From Escherichia phage UP19, in sequence record OX638288: a stretch of 64,000 bases of DNA; one strand, given 5' to 3'. Below are positions 1 through 9,972 of this stretch, piece by piece. The translations under genes and the position numbers were made by a program. The notes beneath the pieces were generated by a model. It made no database searches, was not told the origin of the DNA, and saw nothing but the letters and a program-made list of their open reading frames with translations. The first letter of the stretch is position 1. Every line of letters begins with the position of its first letter.

Positions 1-195
1 AGTAAGATTGGTGAAGTATCTAAAAAGGATTTTGGAAAGGTAATGGGACTGACAGTCCAAGATATTTTGGAAGAAGCAGCCCGTGAAGAATTAGAATTAA
101 CCGATGCAGAAAATCCTGTTGAAGTTAAAAAGCAGCTCGTTGAGTGTGTAAAAGATACCTTAAGAGCCGTATGGATTGAACTAGTATCCAAATAA
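1..195 (+). CDS. 3' end of a gene running in from the window edge (partial), product unknown
   Basis: Frame-1 open from position 1 to TAA at 193-195; convergent with the gene 24 paralog; followed by a hairpin terminator. Confidence 0.4.
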   Translation, partial: SKIGEVSKKDFGKVMGLTVQDILEEAAREELELTDAENPVEVKKQLVECVKDTLRAVWIELVSK

Positions 196-200
196 ACAAT

Positions 201-229
201 AAAGGGACCTTACGGTCCCTTTTATTTTT
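201..229. terminator. Bidirectional intrinsic terminator between convergent genes
   Basis: Stem GGGACC(204-209)/GGTCCC(214-219), loop TTAC, A-run upstream and T-run downstream. Confidence 0.6.
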
Positions 230-1502
230 CTAGTGGTGGAAGTTTAACACCAAGATAAGAACTCAACTGGCTTTGGTTAGCCATTTTGTCCATATCAGAG
301 CCATCAATAATGCGGGCTTCTTTATAGTCCTTAGCGACGGTATAAGGGTTTGCAGTCAATGCATAACGAGCAAGCAATGCTACTGTAGGTTGTAAGCTTT
401 CCGGGTCAACAATAACCTTAAATTCACCTACTGAAGTATCCCCTTCCTCATCAACCTCATTCAAACCTTCCGTATAAGGCGCATAATATAAAGATGCGAC
501 TGTCTGTCCTTCACCCATCTGAGCATTTACACCAACAATAACATAATCACATGGACTATTCATATCAGCATAAAGAGGCAGACCATTCTTTAATACACCA
601 TAAGCCAGTTCGTCCTGGTCTTCCTTTTTCTCAACCCAACCAGAAGCGGCGAGAATAGCAGCACAACGAGAACTAGCTACTGCATAAGTCCCGGCGAAAG
701 AAGTTTGACGTTGGACGGCAGAGTTCATCTCACACATGTAATAATATAATGTACGAGCACGGTCCTGGGCATTATCGTAACGTGGGTTGGTAAGGTCTAA
801 TACACCCTTTTCAGAAACACCCTGGACTTTAAAACGAGAACTCACCGTAATTAATGACTGCAATACGTCCTTATTAATTTCTTCTGCCATTTGAATGCCT
901 AGCAGATTTTCAACGAAATTAGGAGCATTAAACCCATTTGATTCTAGGTCTTGGGCCAATTCGACTGTCAAAGAAGTTTTCAGTTTACGTGATTTAACCT
1001 CAGATTGCCATTTATCAATACGGAAGCCTGCTTCAGCAATTTCAGGGTGACCTTGTTCAAATTTAGAAGTAATAGCAGCATCTGATACCATACGAATATG
1101 CCCAGCGGCCACTGCTTCAGAAATAACTTCACCGAGGTCGGTTTCTGTGGTTCCGGCGAAAGGAGATGCTTCTAGAACTTTAAACACTACACTTTCAAAT
1201 TGGAACATATCGCCGGCTGCATAAGCTGTAGACGAATCGGTAAATTCAGGAATATTTTCACGTTCCGACATACCAATCTGGCCTGCAAATGTAGCGCCAC
1301 CAAGATAAGTCATTTTGTCGTCGGGATTAAGTACACGAATCCCGTACAGAGCGGCAACAGGTTGGCTTGTTTTTTGTTCAGCAACTAGGGCTTTAAAGAT
1401 TCGTTTATTAGTTGCTTGGGTGTATGAAAGAAGAGCAGGACGGCCAACCGAGTTGGCAGCCGTCAATGTGGATTCTTTAATTAGGTCTATAATCTTAGAC
1501 AT
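222..1502 (-). CDS. Second gene-24-family head vertex protein paralog (gp23/gp24 fold)
   Basis: 426 aa; roughly half identical by eye to the adjacent gp24; shared blocks SRKLKT..LTVELAQD.ESNGF and PYTVAKD.KEARIIDG; ATG overlaps the upstream stop (TAATG). Confidence 0.75.
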   Translation of the reverse strand: MSKIIDLIKESTLTAANSVGRPALLSYTQATNKRIFKALVAEQKTSQPVAALYGIRVLNPDDKMTYLGGATFAGQIGMSERENIPEFTDSSTAYAAGDMFQFESVVFKVLEASPFAGTTETDLGEVISEAVAAGHIRMVSDAAITSKFEQGHPEIAEAGFRIDKWQSEVKSRKLKTSLTVELAQDLESNGFNAPNFVENLLGIQMAEEINKDVLQSLITVSSRFKVQGVSEKGVLDLTNPRYDNAQDRARTLYYYMCEMNSAVQRQTSFAGTYAVASSRCAAILAASGWVEKKEDQDELAYGVLKNGLPLYADMNSPCDYVIVGVNAQMGEGQTVASLYYAPYTEGLNEVDEEGDTSVGEFKVIVDPESLQPTVALLARYALTANPYTVAKDYKEARIIDGSDMDKMANQSQLSSYLGVKLPPLEK

Positions 1503-2785
1503 TAATCAGCCTCGTAAATAATTGCTGGAAGTTTAACACCAAGCAGATAAGACATATTGCTCTGACCAGCCATTAAATCCATATTGGTTGCATCGATAAC
1601 ACGAGCTTCTTTATCGTCTTTAGCTACGGTGTACGGGTTAGCGGACAGTGCATAACGAACCATCAGAGAAATAGAAGGCTGTAATGAATCAGGGTCGACA
1701 ATAACCTTATAAGCACCAACGTGTTCTTGGTCATCTAAATCCAGGCCTTCTGTGTATGGGGCATAGAAAATAGAACCGACAACTTCATTACCTCCATAGT
1801 TCTCTTTAACACCTACGATAACATAATCCAATGGGCTGTTAACGTCACAGAACAGAGGTAATCCATTCAACAAATAACCATAGGCAGTTTCTGGGAGCCA
1901 ATTATTATCTTCAGGTTTATGTTTTAACCAGCCAGAACCTGCAAGCATTGCAGCCACACGACTTGAAGCCACAACAAACGTGCCGGAATAAGAAGTAGTT
2001 TTCTGGATTTCAGAATTCATCTCACAAACAATTTCATAAAGTTTACGTGCGGATTCCGGAGCACTGGCATAAGTCAAATCGATGATGCCATTATCAGATA
2101 CACCAGTAACTTTATAGCGTTTAGATACGGTTATTAGAGATTGCAGAACGTCTTTATTAATTTCATCTGCCATTACTGTAGCCAGGAGGTCTTCTAAGAA
2201 TGCAGGGGCGTCGAAGCCATTTGATTCCATATCCTGTGCCAATTCTACGGTCAAAGCAGTCTTCAATTTACGGGTCTTAACAGGAGCATTCCATTTATTA
2301 ACCTGGAATACGGCGTCAGAGATTTCTACATCACTCGCTTCGAATTTAGTGGTATGAGCAGCGTCCGGAACCAGACGACATGTTAATGACACCAAACCTT
2401 CTTGAAGAGCATCAGCCAATCCTGTAGCGCTAGTAGATGCGAGTGGGCTTGCTTGAAGAGCCTTATAAACCACATTCTGATACTTAAAGTAGTCACCCTT
2501 GGCAATAGCCTGGGCTTTATCTGTGAGTTCCTGGATAGTTTCACGGTCTTTAGAACCAACTTCACCACCATAAACAGCACCAGTTTGGAAACTGAATTCA
2601 TTATCAGGGGTAAGATATTTGACACCATACAATGCAGCAATAGGCTGACTAGTACGTTGTTCAGCGATGATATCGCGATAAATTAGTTTAGTGGTAGCAC
2701 GGGTCAAAGCAACAAGATTAGGGCGACCCAATGAGTTGCTGGTAGTAGTTGTTGACTCGCGCAGTAATTCGTTAATCTTTGCCAT
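1502..2785 (-). CDS. 24: gp24 head vertex protein
   Basis: 427 aa, same length as T4 gp24; N-terminus MAKINELLREST and most of the length match T4 gp24 as remembered. Confidence 0.9.
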   Translation of the reverse strand: MAKINELLRESTTTTSNSLGRPNLVALTRATTKLIYRDIIAEQRTSQPIAALYGVKYLTPDNEFSFQTGAVYGGEVGSKDRETIQELTDKAQAIAKGDYFKYQNVVYKALQASPLASTSATGLADALQEGLVSLTCRLVPDAAHTTKFEASDVEISDAVFQVNKWNAPVKTRKLKTALTVELAQDMESNGFDAPAFLEDLLATVMADEINKDVLQSLITVSKRYKVTGVSDNGIIDLTYASAPESARKLYEIVCEMNSEIQKTTSYSGTFVVASSRVAAMLAGSGWLKHKPEDNNWLPETAYGYLLNGLPLFCDVNSPLDYVIVGVKENYGGNEVVGSIFYAPYTEGLDLDDQEHVGAYKVIVDPDSLQPSISLMVRYALSANPYTVAKDDKEARVIDATNMDLMAGQSNMSYLLGVKLPAIIYEAD

Positions 2786-2813
2786 TGCGCTTTCCTTATT
2801 GAGGGTATATGTT

Positions 2814-2821
2814 TATTTATA
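2814..2821 (-). promoter_or_regulatory. T4-type late promoter (TATAAATA) for gene 24
   Basis: Plus-strand TATTTATA is TATAAATA on the minus strand, about 30 bp upstream of the gene 24 ATG. Confidence 0.6.
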
Positions 2822-2827
2822 AAAGTT

Positions 2828-2857
2828 GTTTACAGCAAGGTTCCCACGTGTTACTAT
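2828..2857 (+). promoter_or_regulatory. Early sigma70-type promoter (GTTTAC, 18 bp, TACTAT) of the conserved module family
   Basis: GTTTAC at 2828-2833 and TACTATAGTCCTATCAA box; drives the opposite-strand seg cassette. Confidence 0.55.
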
Positions 2858-2886
2858 AGTCCTATCAAAACATGAGGAGATTAAAA

Positions 2887-3156
2887 ATGGACAAGTTAAA
2901 CTTTATTCGTACTACTCTTTCAGCTCTTGATAAAGACATCAAAGCCTTGGTAGAAAAATATGGTTCCAATCCTAATGGTAATGCAGTGAACGCGTTAGTT
3001 AAGAAATACGAAACCATGGCTTATGCTACTGACTTCTGGTGGAATGGTGAATACTCTACCCATACCAAAGACAAATCCGGTAACTGGCTGAAAATCCAAG
3101 AAAATCGTATTGACTTCCGTGATATCATCAACCGCCGGGTCAAAGTAGAGGCCTAA
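2887..3156 (+). CDS. Hypothetical small protein, first gene of the seg cassette
   Basis: ATG at 2887 with GAGGAG SD at 2864-2869; the ORF-track start at 2872 lies inside the SD. Confidence 0.45.
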   Translation: MDKLNFIRTTLSALDKDIKALVEKYGSNPNGNAVNALVKKYETMAYATDFWWNGEYSTHTKDKSGNWLKIQENRIDFRDIINRRVKVEA

Positions 3157-3159
3157 AAT

Positions 3160-3819
3160 ATGAATTATTTAATTTATAAAATAACTAATCTCATTAATAA
3201 CAAGATTTATGTTGGAGCCCATGCAACCGTAGATATCAACGATTCTTATATGGGCTCCGGGGTTAACGTAGTAAAATCCATAAAGAAATACGGATTGGAG
3301 AATTTTAAAAAGGAAATCCTTTTCAATTTCGAAACATCTGAAGAGATGTATGCTAAAGAAGCCGAACTAGTTGATGAGGCTTTTGTCATGAGAACAGATA
3401 CCTATAATGCGGCCATAGGCGGTAAGGGTAATCCTGTTATAGTAGCTTTACAGGAACCTGGGTATCGTGAGATGTTATCCAAAAAGACTAAGGCCGGTAT
3501 GACTGAAGAAGTTCGGGCCAAAATATCTAAAAAGAAATTAGGTTCTAAAGAATCTAAAGAACATCGAGAAAACAAATCTATAGCAAATAAAAAGTTTTAT
3601 AAAAATAGAGATTCTCATCTTAAAGGTAGAAAACTATCAGAAGAGCATAAAGCAAAAATTAGAAAGAATTCTAATAAAGGTAAGAAATTTGTATTTGTGG
3701 ATATTTCTATTAAAGGTCATGAATTTAACCACTACGATTACGCTGCCGAATTCTTTAACGTATCCGCAAAAACTATAAGAAATTGGATTAATGAACGCGA
3801 TGATTGTTTTAAGCTATAG
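3160..3819 (+). CDS. GIY-YIG homing endonuclease (seg-like; same position as T4 segD)
   Basis: N-terminal YLIYKITN..KIYVGAH and YMGSG..NAAIGG match the GIY-YIG fold; basic C-terminal tail; 219 aa; opposite strand to 23 and 24. Confidence 0.7.
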   Translation: MNYLIYKITNLINNKIYVGAHATVDINDSYMGSGVNVVKSIKKYGLENFKKEILFNFETSEEMYAKEAELVDEAFVMRTDTYNAAIGGKGNPVIVALQEPGYREMLSKKTKAGMTEEVRAKISKKKLGSKESKEHRENKSIANKKFYKNRDSHLKGRKLSEEHKAKIRKNSNKGKKFVFVDISIKGHEFNHYDYAAEFFNVSAKTIRNWINERDDCFKL

Positions 3820-3829
3820 AAACAAGAAT

Positions 3830-3847
3830 GGGAGACCGGAGTCTCCC
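3830..3847. terminator. Hairpin terminator between the convergent seg-like gene and gene 23
   Basis: GGGAGAC-CGGA-GTCTCCC; near-identical hairpins recur at 41800 and 42859. Confidence 0.5.
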
Positions 3848-3876
3848 ATAAGGTTATGTATTTTAACGTTAAAGCA

Positions 3877-5436
3877 TTAAATTCCTTTAACGTAGACGCG
3901 TCTAAAGTAACCATTCAGACCAAGGCTATTAACAATGTCCGGCATGCCGTTCTGAATGCGCTTGGTCGGAGCCTGAGCAGCAGGGTCAGCAAACGGGTTA
4001 ATACCGATACCGTAACGAGTTTTGAAGCCCATTACCGGCTGGAAGTTCTTCGGATCGGAACCGCGCAGTGGGGTCAGTGCAACGTAAGGAGCGTAGTAGA
4101 TACCTGCGTCCATTTCGTTGGAACCTTTATAACCGATAGTGAAGTAATCAGCACGGGCATACTGGTCGATGTAAACGCGATATTTACCACCAAGAACACC
4201 GGCAAATACTGCTTTAGTGGTGTCAACGTTGAAACCTTGACCCAGACCCTGAGCGGCATAACTTACAGAAGTATCAACTGCAGCCAGTACGTTAACTACG
4301 TTACGGGAAGCGATGATGAAGTTACCAGCACCACGACCGGTCTGACGAGCGATTTCGGCTGCTTCTTTATCAATCTGGAACAGAAGGGCTTTAAAGCTCT
4401 CACCGGCCCAACGAGCACCACGGATATCAATCGGGTCCTGGAAGTCAAACACACCAGCTTTAGCGCCAACGGTGTTGGTCATACCGGATTTACCAACCTG
4501 TGCAGAGTAGTTAATCCAATCGATAACTTCACGGTTGATTTCCAGCATAATTTCGGTAGCCAGAATACCACTCAATTCAGCATCTGCATCCATACCGTGT
4601 ACTGCACGAAGGTCCTGTGCCAGTTCGATGGAGTAGCTTGCTTTCAGCTGACGGGATTTAGCTTCGATAACTTGTTTATCGATACGGAAGCCCATTTCGT
4701 TCCACGGGTTATCAGTAGAACCGTTGAAGCCTTCCTGAAGTTCAGCGATAGAAGTAGCCATACCTTCAGCCAATTCAGCCAGCTGACCAGCTTCTAACAG
4801 AGCGGTTACGGCAACATCCAGTTTAGCGGCATCGGTAGCAGCGGCATCAACGGTTACGGCTTCAACAGCCTGGAAGTGTGCAGAACCGGTAGCTTCGAAG
4901 AAGTGAGAATAAATTTTACCAACTTCCAGAACTTTACCTGCAGCCAGTGCTTCAAAAGTCTGAGCAGCACCCTGACCAGAGAACATAGCATTCGGAGCAT
5001 ACATCGGGTGGAAAGCTTCTTTAGCACCAGCAGCGATAGGGTCTTTACCGTATACTGCACGCAGTGCAAATACCTGGCCGGTAGGGTTATTCAGAGGCTG
5101 AACACCACAAATATCAAAAGCAATCAGATGAGGAATAGCACGACGAACCATACCCATTACTGCCGGCCCAATCTGAGTTACAGCACCAGAGGTCTGGCCA
5201 GCTGCGATATTGGTAGCATCATAACCGTGGTCACCACCGATTTCAGCTTCAGTCAGGAAAGAACCAAATGCTTCGGAGATTTTTTCGTCACGATATTCAG
5301 GAGCGGTCAGAATATCTTGTTCCTGGTTTTCAAAGATTTTAGCGATGATAGCTTGTTTAGAAGCACCAACGATTTCAGGAAGAGCTTCGTTTTCCAGCAG
5401 AGCGGACCATTTTTGAACTAATGCATTCTTTTTCAT
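3877..5436 (-). CDS. 23: gp23 major capsid protein
   Basis: 519 aa; ..LPEIVGASKQAIIAKIFENQE.. and gp23/gp24-family blocks; position after 22. Confidence 0.92.
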   Translation of the reverse strand: MKKNALVQKWSALLENEALPEIVGASKQAIIAKIFENQEQDILTAPEYRDEKISEAFGSFLTEAEIGGDHGYDATNIAAGQTSGAVTQIGPAVMGMVRRAIPHLIAFDICGVQPLNNPTGQVFALRAVYGKDPIAAGAKEAFHPMYAPNAMFSGQGAAQTFEALAAGKVLEVGKIYSHFFEATGSAHFQAVEAVTVDAAATDAAKLDVAVTALLEAGQLAELAEGMATSIAELQEGFNGSTDNPWNEMGFRIDKQVIEAKSRQLKASYSIELAQDLRAVHGMDADAELSGILATEIMLEINREVIDWINYSAQVGKSGMTNTVGAKAGVFDFQDPIDIRGARWAGESFKALLFQIDKEAAEIARQTGRGAGNFIIASRNVVNVLAAVDTSVSYAAQGLGQGFNVDTTKAVFAGVLGGKYRVYIDQYARADYFTIGYKGSNEMDAGIYYAPYVALTPLRGSDPKNFQPVMGFKTRYGIGINPFADPAAQAPTKRIQNGMPDIVNSLGLNGYFRRVYVKGI

Positions 5437-5457
5437 GTGTTGTATAACCTTATTAAA

Positions 5458-6273
5458 TTAAGAAATTCGTGATGCTGCGATTGCAGACAGGTCCGCGAAG
5501 GACAGGGTAGGCTTAGCGCCTTTTTCTTCAACTGCTTCCGAAATATAATTCAGTGCTGCAGCATCGTCTTCAGTTTTATTTATAGCGGCTTCGGTGATTG
5601 GTTTTTCAACGTCAGTCTGGCCTTTAACCATTTCAACGATAGCGCCAATTTTTTTACCAAATGCATCGGAATAATCCATGCCTTCTACCAGAGAACTAAC
5701 TTTTTCTTTCTGAGATTCAGTCAGGTCTTTAGTTGCTTCCATAACAGCTTGTTCACGCTGTACGTAATTAATATATGCGTCACGCTTGCCAACTTCTTCG
5801 AACAAACGAGCGGTTTCGGCTTTCTGTTCAGCCAATTCTTCTTCCATTTCAGAAACAACGTCTACTGCTTCTTCTGGAACAACCACGTTATGTTCAACAA
5901 ACAGTTCTTTCATACCCATCAACATGGATTCGAACAGTTCGGCTTTAATACCTTTATCAACAGCCAGCTGGTTTTCAGCCATCCATTCTTTAGCGACGTG
6001 GTCAAGGAAACGACCAGCAGCTTCTTGGATTTTCTTATCAGCTTTTTCTTCAGCTTCTTCTTTATTTTTCTCAACTTCTTCTTCCGCTTTTTCAGCGATT
6101 TTAGCGATGTGAGATTCCGCCAGTTTAACGGCGTGTTGCTTGACGGTAGCTTCGAATACAGTGCCGAAAGTTTCTTTTGCTTCCGGAGAAATATTAACTG
6201 ATTCGAAAATACTGTCAAGAGCAACGGAAGCATCAATATTCTGTGCTTCGGCGATCAGTTGTTCTTTAAGCAT
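5458..6273 (-). CDS. 22: gp22 prohead core scaffold protein
   Basis: 271 aa, highly acidic and helical; synteny 21-22-23. Confidence 0.85.
   Translation of the reverse strand: MLKEQLIAEAQNIDASVALDSIFESVNISPEAKETFGTVFEATVKQHAVKLAESHIAKIAEKAEEEVEKNKEEAEEKADKKIQEAAGRFLDHVAKEWMAENQLAVDKGIKAELFESMLMGMKELFVEHNVVVPEEAVDVVSEMEEELAEQKAETARLFEEVGKRDAYINYVQREQAVMEATKDLTESQKEKVSSLVEGMDYSDAFGKKIGAIVEMVKGQTDVEKPITEAAINKTEDDAAALNYISEAVEEKGAKPTLSFADLSAIAASRIS
5577..5584 (-). promoter_or_regulatory. Late promoter TATAAATA upstream of gene 23, inside the 3' end of gene 22
   Basis: Plus-strand TATTTATA at 5577-5584. Confidence 0.5.
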
Positions 6274-6300
6274 TTTGTAGTCCTGTTGTTTAGATAATAA

Positions 6301-6308
6301 TATTTATA
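6301..6308 (-). promoter_or_regulatory. Late promoter TATAAATA upstream of gene 22
   Basis: Plus-strand TATTTATA at 6301-6308, 28 bp upstream of the gene 22 ATG. Confidence 0.55.
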
Positions 6309-6939
6309 ACGCTTTTTTCATGGCCTCTGCGAGAGCCATAAAGGCGTCATCGGCACTGGTATCGGTATCTACCGTTTGTGATTCTGTAATTTGTTTAGGA
6401 GTTACATAAGCATCAGGAGCAGATGGACCCCATACTGCATCAACACCGACGGTTAATTTATAACCTTCGTTTACACGCTTATATCCTTTATTGGTTTCGG
6501 TTAAAGAACCTAGACCACGAGAACTAACACCAGGCACCCAACCGGCTCTAATATTAGCAGCTAGTTTATCACCAGGACCATGGTCGCCTTCAATAATACG
6601 AGCACGTCCATAAACGTCATTACCTTTCCACCACATATCTTCAATAATAATAGCGGCTTGCATAGGGTCGACGTTAGCGCGAGGCGGATGATTTAATTCT
6701 CCTAAAGCTTGTTTAGTAGCAACCTGTTCTGCCATATAATCAGCAACAGCTTTTTCCAAAATAGGTTTTGGATAAAGGCGTTTATTACGGTTAACCACTT
6801 CGGCTTGCATGAATATGCCTTCTATATAAAGGCCCGGGGCAAGTCCAGAATCTTTTCCATCATGAGATTCCAACATCGGAACCCCATCGATAATTTCACC
6901 TGGTTGTCCCCAATGTTCGATGAGCAATTCAGGTTTCAT
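6304..6939 (-). CDS. 21: gp21 prohead protease
   Basis: 211 aa; synteny 68-21-22; length matches T4 gp21. Confidence 0.85.
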   Translation of the reverse strand: MKPELLIEHWGQPGEIIDGVPMLESHDGKDSGLAPGLYIEGIFMQAEVVNRNKRLYPKPILEKAVADYMAEQVATKQALGELNHPPRANVDPMQAAIIIEDMWWKGNDVYGRARIIEGDHGPGDKLAANIRAGWVPGVSSRGLGSLTETNKGYKRVNEGYKLTVGVDAVWGPSAPDAYVTPKQITESQTVDTDTSADDAFMALAEAMKKAL

Positions 6940-7367
6940 TAGTTAAGTCCAAAGGCTTTACGTTTAGAACGAGCTTTCTTACGCTTACGTTCGGCACGTA
7001 CTTGAATAGATGGATTAGCACGTTTGGTTTTAGATGCTTTGCGAGCAATCTGACGGCGTTTTGCTTTAGACAACCCGGTCGTTTGATAAGCGTTGCGTTG
7101 ACGGGTTTTAATATCTTTAGTACGAGTAAGCTCACCTTTAGAAGAGACGTGCTTAACGATAAATTCGTTAAGAGCCATATTTTCATTCAAAGAGGCGATG
7201 GCAATAGCTGTATCGATATCGCCATCAGCAATCATGTTCTCTACAAGATTATTTATATCGCTTTTCTCGAGGGCTTCAGAAAGAGTAGCAAAACGTCCCT
7301 GTGCTTCTGGAATTTTGGCCTCTACGCTTTCTAGAGTTAATTCGTAATCATCAGGGATAAGGAACAT
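6939..7367 (-). CDS. 68: gp68 prohead core protein
   Basis: 142 aa; basic N-terminus; synteny 67-68-21. Confidence 0.7.
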   Translation of the reverse strand: MFLIPDDYELTLESVEAKIPEAQGRFATLSEALEKSDINNLVENMIADGDIDTAIAIASLNENMALNEFIVKHVSSKGELTRTKDIKTRQRNAYQTTGLSKAKRRQIARKASKTKRANPSIQVRAERKRKKARSKRKAFGLN

Positions 7368-7642
7368 TATTCGTCGTCCTCGTCGTCTTCATCATCGTCA
7401 TCACCTTCATCCGCATCGTCAGATTCTTTTTTGTCTTTCTTATCTGCTTTATCGGATTTTTCGTCTTTATCTTCGTCTTCGTCATCTTCGTCGGCTTCTT
7501 CGCCTTCAATCATAACGGAGCGAGCAATTTCTGCTTTACGGGCTTCAATCAAAGCGGCTACTCGAGATTCGATAAGCGGGGCTGCTGCTTTACGAACTGC
7601 TACGAGGTCGTTTGATTTAATAGCTTCGATTAAATCTTCCAT
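7367..7642 (-). CDS. 67: gp67 prohead core protein
   Basis: 91 aa with a strongly acidic C-terminal tract; synteny 20-67-68. Confidence 0.7.
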   Translation of the reverse strand: MEDLIEAIKSNDLVAVRKAAAPLIESRVAALIEARKAEIARSVMIEGEEADEDDEDEDKDEKSDKADKKDKKESDDADEGDDDDEDDEDDE

Positions 7643-9216
7643 TAGAAATCCTCTTCTTCATCATCTGGGTTTTGGAAACGAGCCTCTTTAGACTCTTCTT
7701 CAATTTGCTTAGCTTCTTGATTAATTTCTTCGTCAGTCATCTGAAGGAAATCTTTCATAGCCGTTTGATGCGAAATATACTTACCAATAAATGGTTCAGC
7801 CATCGTTAGCATATTGATTCTGCGTTCCATGATTTCCGCATCTTTCATTTCACTGAAATAGCTATCACGGTTGAACGTAACTTTAATATTATTTATTTCT
7901 CTTTCCCACTCATCTTCTGTAATAATCTTTTTAAGAATGAGGTTTGTTTTTAATGGGTCTAAGAAAATTTCTTCAAATTTATTTTGGAGCTGTCGAATCC
8001 ATTTAGCAAATTTCAACTCATCACGAGTTATAGCCGTACCAGCATCAAACATAACACCGGAATTAGATTCACTAGGGATACGTGACTCCGGGATACGCAG
8101 CGCACGATAAAGTGCTGTGCGGAAATAAAGAACGTCATCCATATCACTCATACCTGTGGCACCAGGCATGGTATCAACTTCTGTTACCGCTTTACCGTCT
8201 CGACGTTGCAACCAATAGTCTTCAGTCATCGACATATTATGTTGCTGGTTTTTAATTTTACCGGTCGAAGCATCATATACCACACGGTTTTTCATCGTGT
8301 TCATGATATGTTGCATTTGTGCCGCAGCCTTACGAGAAGGCATATTTCCTGTATCGATATAAAATACACGACGGTCAGGAGCACGGGTAATACGATAGAT
8401 GACCATTGCATCTTCCATCAATTTAAGCTGGTTTGCAGGCTTAATAGCACGTTGCAAATAGCCAATGATGTTTTTACCACAGCAATCCAATAACCCAGAA
8501 TGTGCATAAACTACAGCAGCACGAGGAATTTTAACTTTAGTCCCAGCTGAATAAATGCGTCCATCAGCACAATAACTTTCATGACCAGTATCGTAAACGA
8601 AAAACTCGCGGTACCCATCTACAATTTTAACACCATCTTCCATACGTGTAACAATTTCACGAATGTATTGGACTTGGCGCGGGTCTAAGCGTCGAAGCTC
8701 TTGTACGCCATCTTTCATTTTTTTAGGGTTTATAATTTTATGAAAGAATATTCTCGAGTCTACATACCAACGTTGGAAATGGTCAGTGCCTTTACGTTGG
8801 AAATTTAAAAGATTCAAAACTTCACTAAATTCAGCCAAAATTTTATCTTTAATTGATTGACTGAACTCCGTCCCGTCTAAATTTAATGCAACTACTTCTT
8901 TATCATCCTCGTAGACAATAGCGTCAGACACAATTTCTTGAACTGCGTTATCGACTTCATAGTTGTTCATCAAATTACGGTAGGTATCAATGAGTTCCCT
9001 GGTGTTTTTAACTTCAGGCTCATTACTACCAAACATTTGTTGCATAAGAGCGTTATAAGGAATATTTTGCTCTTGGGTTTCAATTTCGCGAGCGCCATCA
9101 TCAAGCTTAGGTGCAGTGACAGACTCTAAATTGTTATTAATTTGTTGTTTATATTCTTTTTCGTCTTCATTAGCCCATGGCTTAAGAAAACTTAATATTG
9201 TATTAAAGTTTGCCAT
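7642..9216 (-). CDS. 20: gp20 portal vertex protein
   Basis: 524 aa, same length as T4 gp20; synteny 19-20-67. Confidence 0.9.
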   Translation of the reverse strand: MANFNTILSFLKPWANEDEKEYKQQINNNLESVTAPKLDDGAREIETQEQNIPYNALMQQMFGSNEPEVKNTRELIDTYRNLMNNYEVDNAVQEIVSDAIVYEDDKEVVALNLDGTEFSQSIKDKILAEFSEVLNLLNFQRKGTDHFQRWYVDSRIFFHKIINPKKMKDGVQELRRLDPRQVQYIREIVTRMEDGVKIVDGYREFFVYDTGHESYCADGRIYSAGTKVKIPRAAVVYAHSGLLDCCGKNIIGYLQRAIKPANQLKLMEDAMVIYRITRAPDRRVFYIDTGNMPSRKAAAQMQHIMNTMKNRVVYDASTGKIKNQQHNMSMTEDYWLQRRDGKAVTEVDTMPGATGMSDMDDVLYFRTALYRALRIPESRIPSESNSGVMFDAGTAITRDELKFAKWIRQLQNKFEEIFLDPLKTNLILKKIITEDEWEREINNIKVTFNRDSYFSEMKDAEIMERRINMLTMAEPFIGKYISHQTAMKDFLQMTDEEINQEAKQIEEESKEARFQNPDDEEEDF

Positions 9217-9264
9217 TAGAGTCTCCGATGAATGGGATAAGGAGCCGAAGCTCCTTTATAATTC

Positions 9265-9272
9265 TATTTATA
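9265..9272 (-). promoter_or_regulatory. Late promoter TATAAATA upstream of gene 20
   Basis: Plus-strand TATTTATA in the 19-20 intergenic region. Confidence 0.5.
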
Positions 9273-9273
9273 C

Positions 9274-9777
9274 TCATTCCCACCAATCGATAGCGAACGT
9301 AGATTCGAAAGTTTCTACCTCGTTGTTTGAATCCCAATCCATCTGGACTTCACCAACGTTAGTAGGCCATAAGCCATAAATTGTAACTTCTTTAGTCACA
9401 GTCTTACCGTCACGATGGAACTGACGAACAACTGCTTGTTTCTTATATTCTGCAGGTGCTGCACCTGTAATTTCATTGGTCATACCATGGCAGAGGTTTT
9501 GCCAATCGACAATTGCCTGACGGGTGTCATGGGCATCATCGTTGTAAATGGTAATGGTCCAATCATCAAACGTACGGTCGCCAGCTACGTTAATTTTACG
9601 GTTCATGTAGCCAACCGGTACTTTTTCTACAATGCCTGCCGGCATAGGTGCTGCTTTACATTTAAAGCTAAAGTTTTTACCAAGAAATGGAATTTCCACT
9701 TCGAAAAGGTTAGGGCGTGCAAAGTCACCTGACTCAAACGCACGAGTGATATCTGTCAACTCCATGGGAGGCCTCAT
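9274..9777 (-). CDS. 19: gp19 tail tube protein
   Basis: 167 aa; position between the sheath and portal genes. Confidence 0.85.
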   Translation of the reverse strand: MRPPMELTDITRAFESGDFARPNLFEVEIPFLGKNFSFKCKAAPMPAGIVEKVPVGYMNRKINVAGDRTFDDWTITIYNDDAHDTRQAIVDWQNLCHGMTNEITGAAPAEYKKQAVVRQFHRDGKTVTKEVTIYGLWPTNVGEVQMDWDSNNEVETFESTFAIDWWE

Positions 9778-9783
9778 AAGTCA

Positions 9784-9825
9784 GTTCCTGGCCACACCAG
9801 GAACGTTCTGATTAATTTATTTATA
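9784..9825 (-). promoter_or_regulatory. Gene 19 late promoter (9818-9825) plus leader hairpin GTTCCTGG-CCACA-CCAGGAAC
   Basis: Perfect 8-bp inverted repeat at 9784-9804 whose mRNA 3' arm contains the AGGA SD 8 nt before the ATG. Confidence 0.5.
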
Positions 9826-9972
9826 ACAGTTGATAAATCATATTCCTGATAGTTAATCACTCCCAGGCGCAATTCTACGTGATATACGCTGTAACCAAAC
9901 ACATGGTATAATGGTTTTAGGTTCTTTATATTACAGCCTGGGATAATAGATTATACTAATAATATAATTTAT

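Noticed and set aside
3856-4797. 313-aa plus-strand ORF
   Set aside because: Antisense to the major capsid gene 23, which is strongly supported; no promoter or SD.
4876-6201. Several 100-180 aa ORFs on both strands inside genes 22 and 23
   Set aside because: Overlap well-supported structural genes, are low-complexity, and most are antisense.
9904-9912. Extended -10 (TGgTATAAT) on the plus strand in the 18-19 insert, which would give an antisense transcript to the HNH gene
   Set aside because: No recognisable -35 and nothing downstream in that orientation; likely a chance match in AT-rich DNA.
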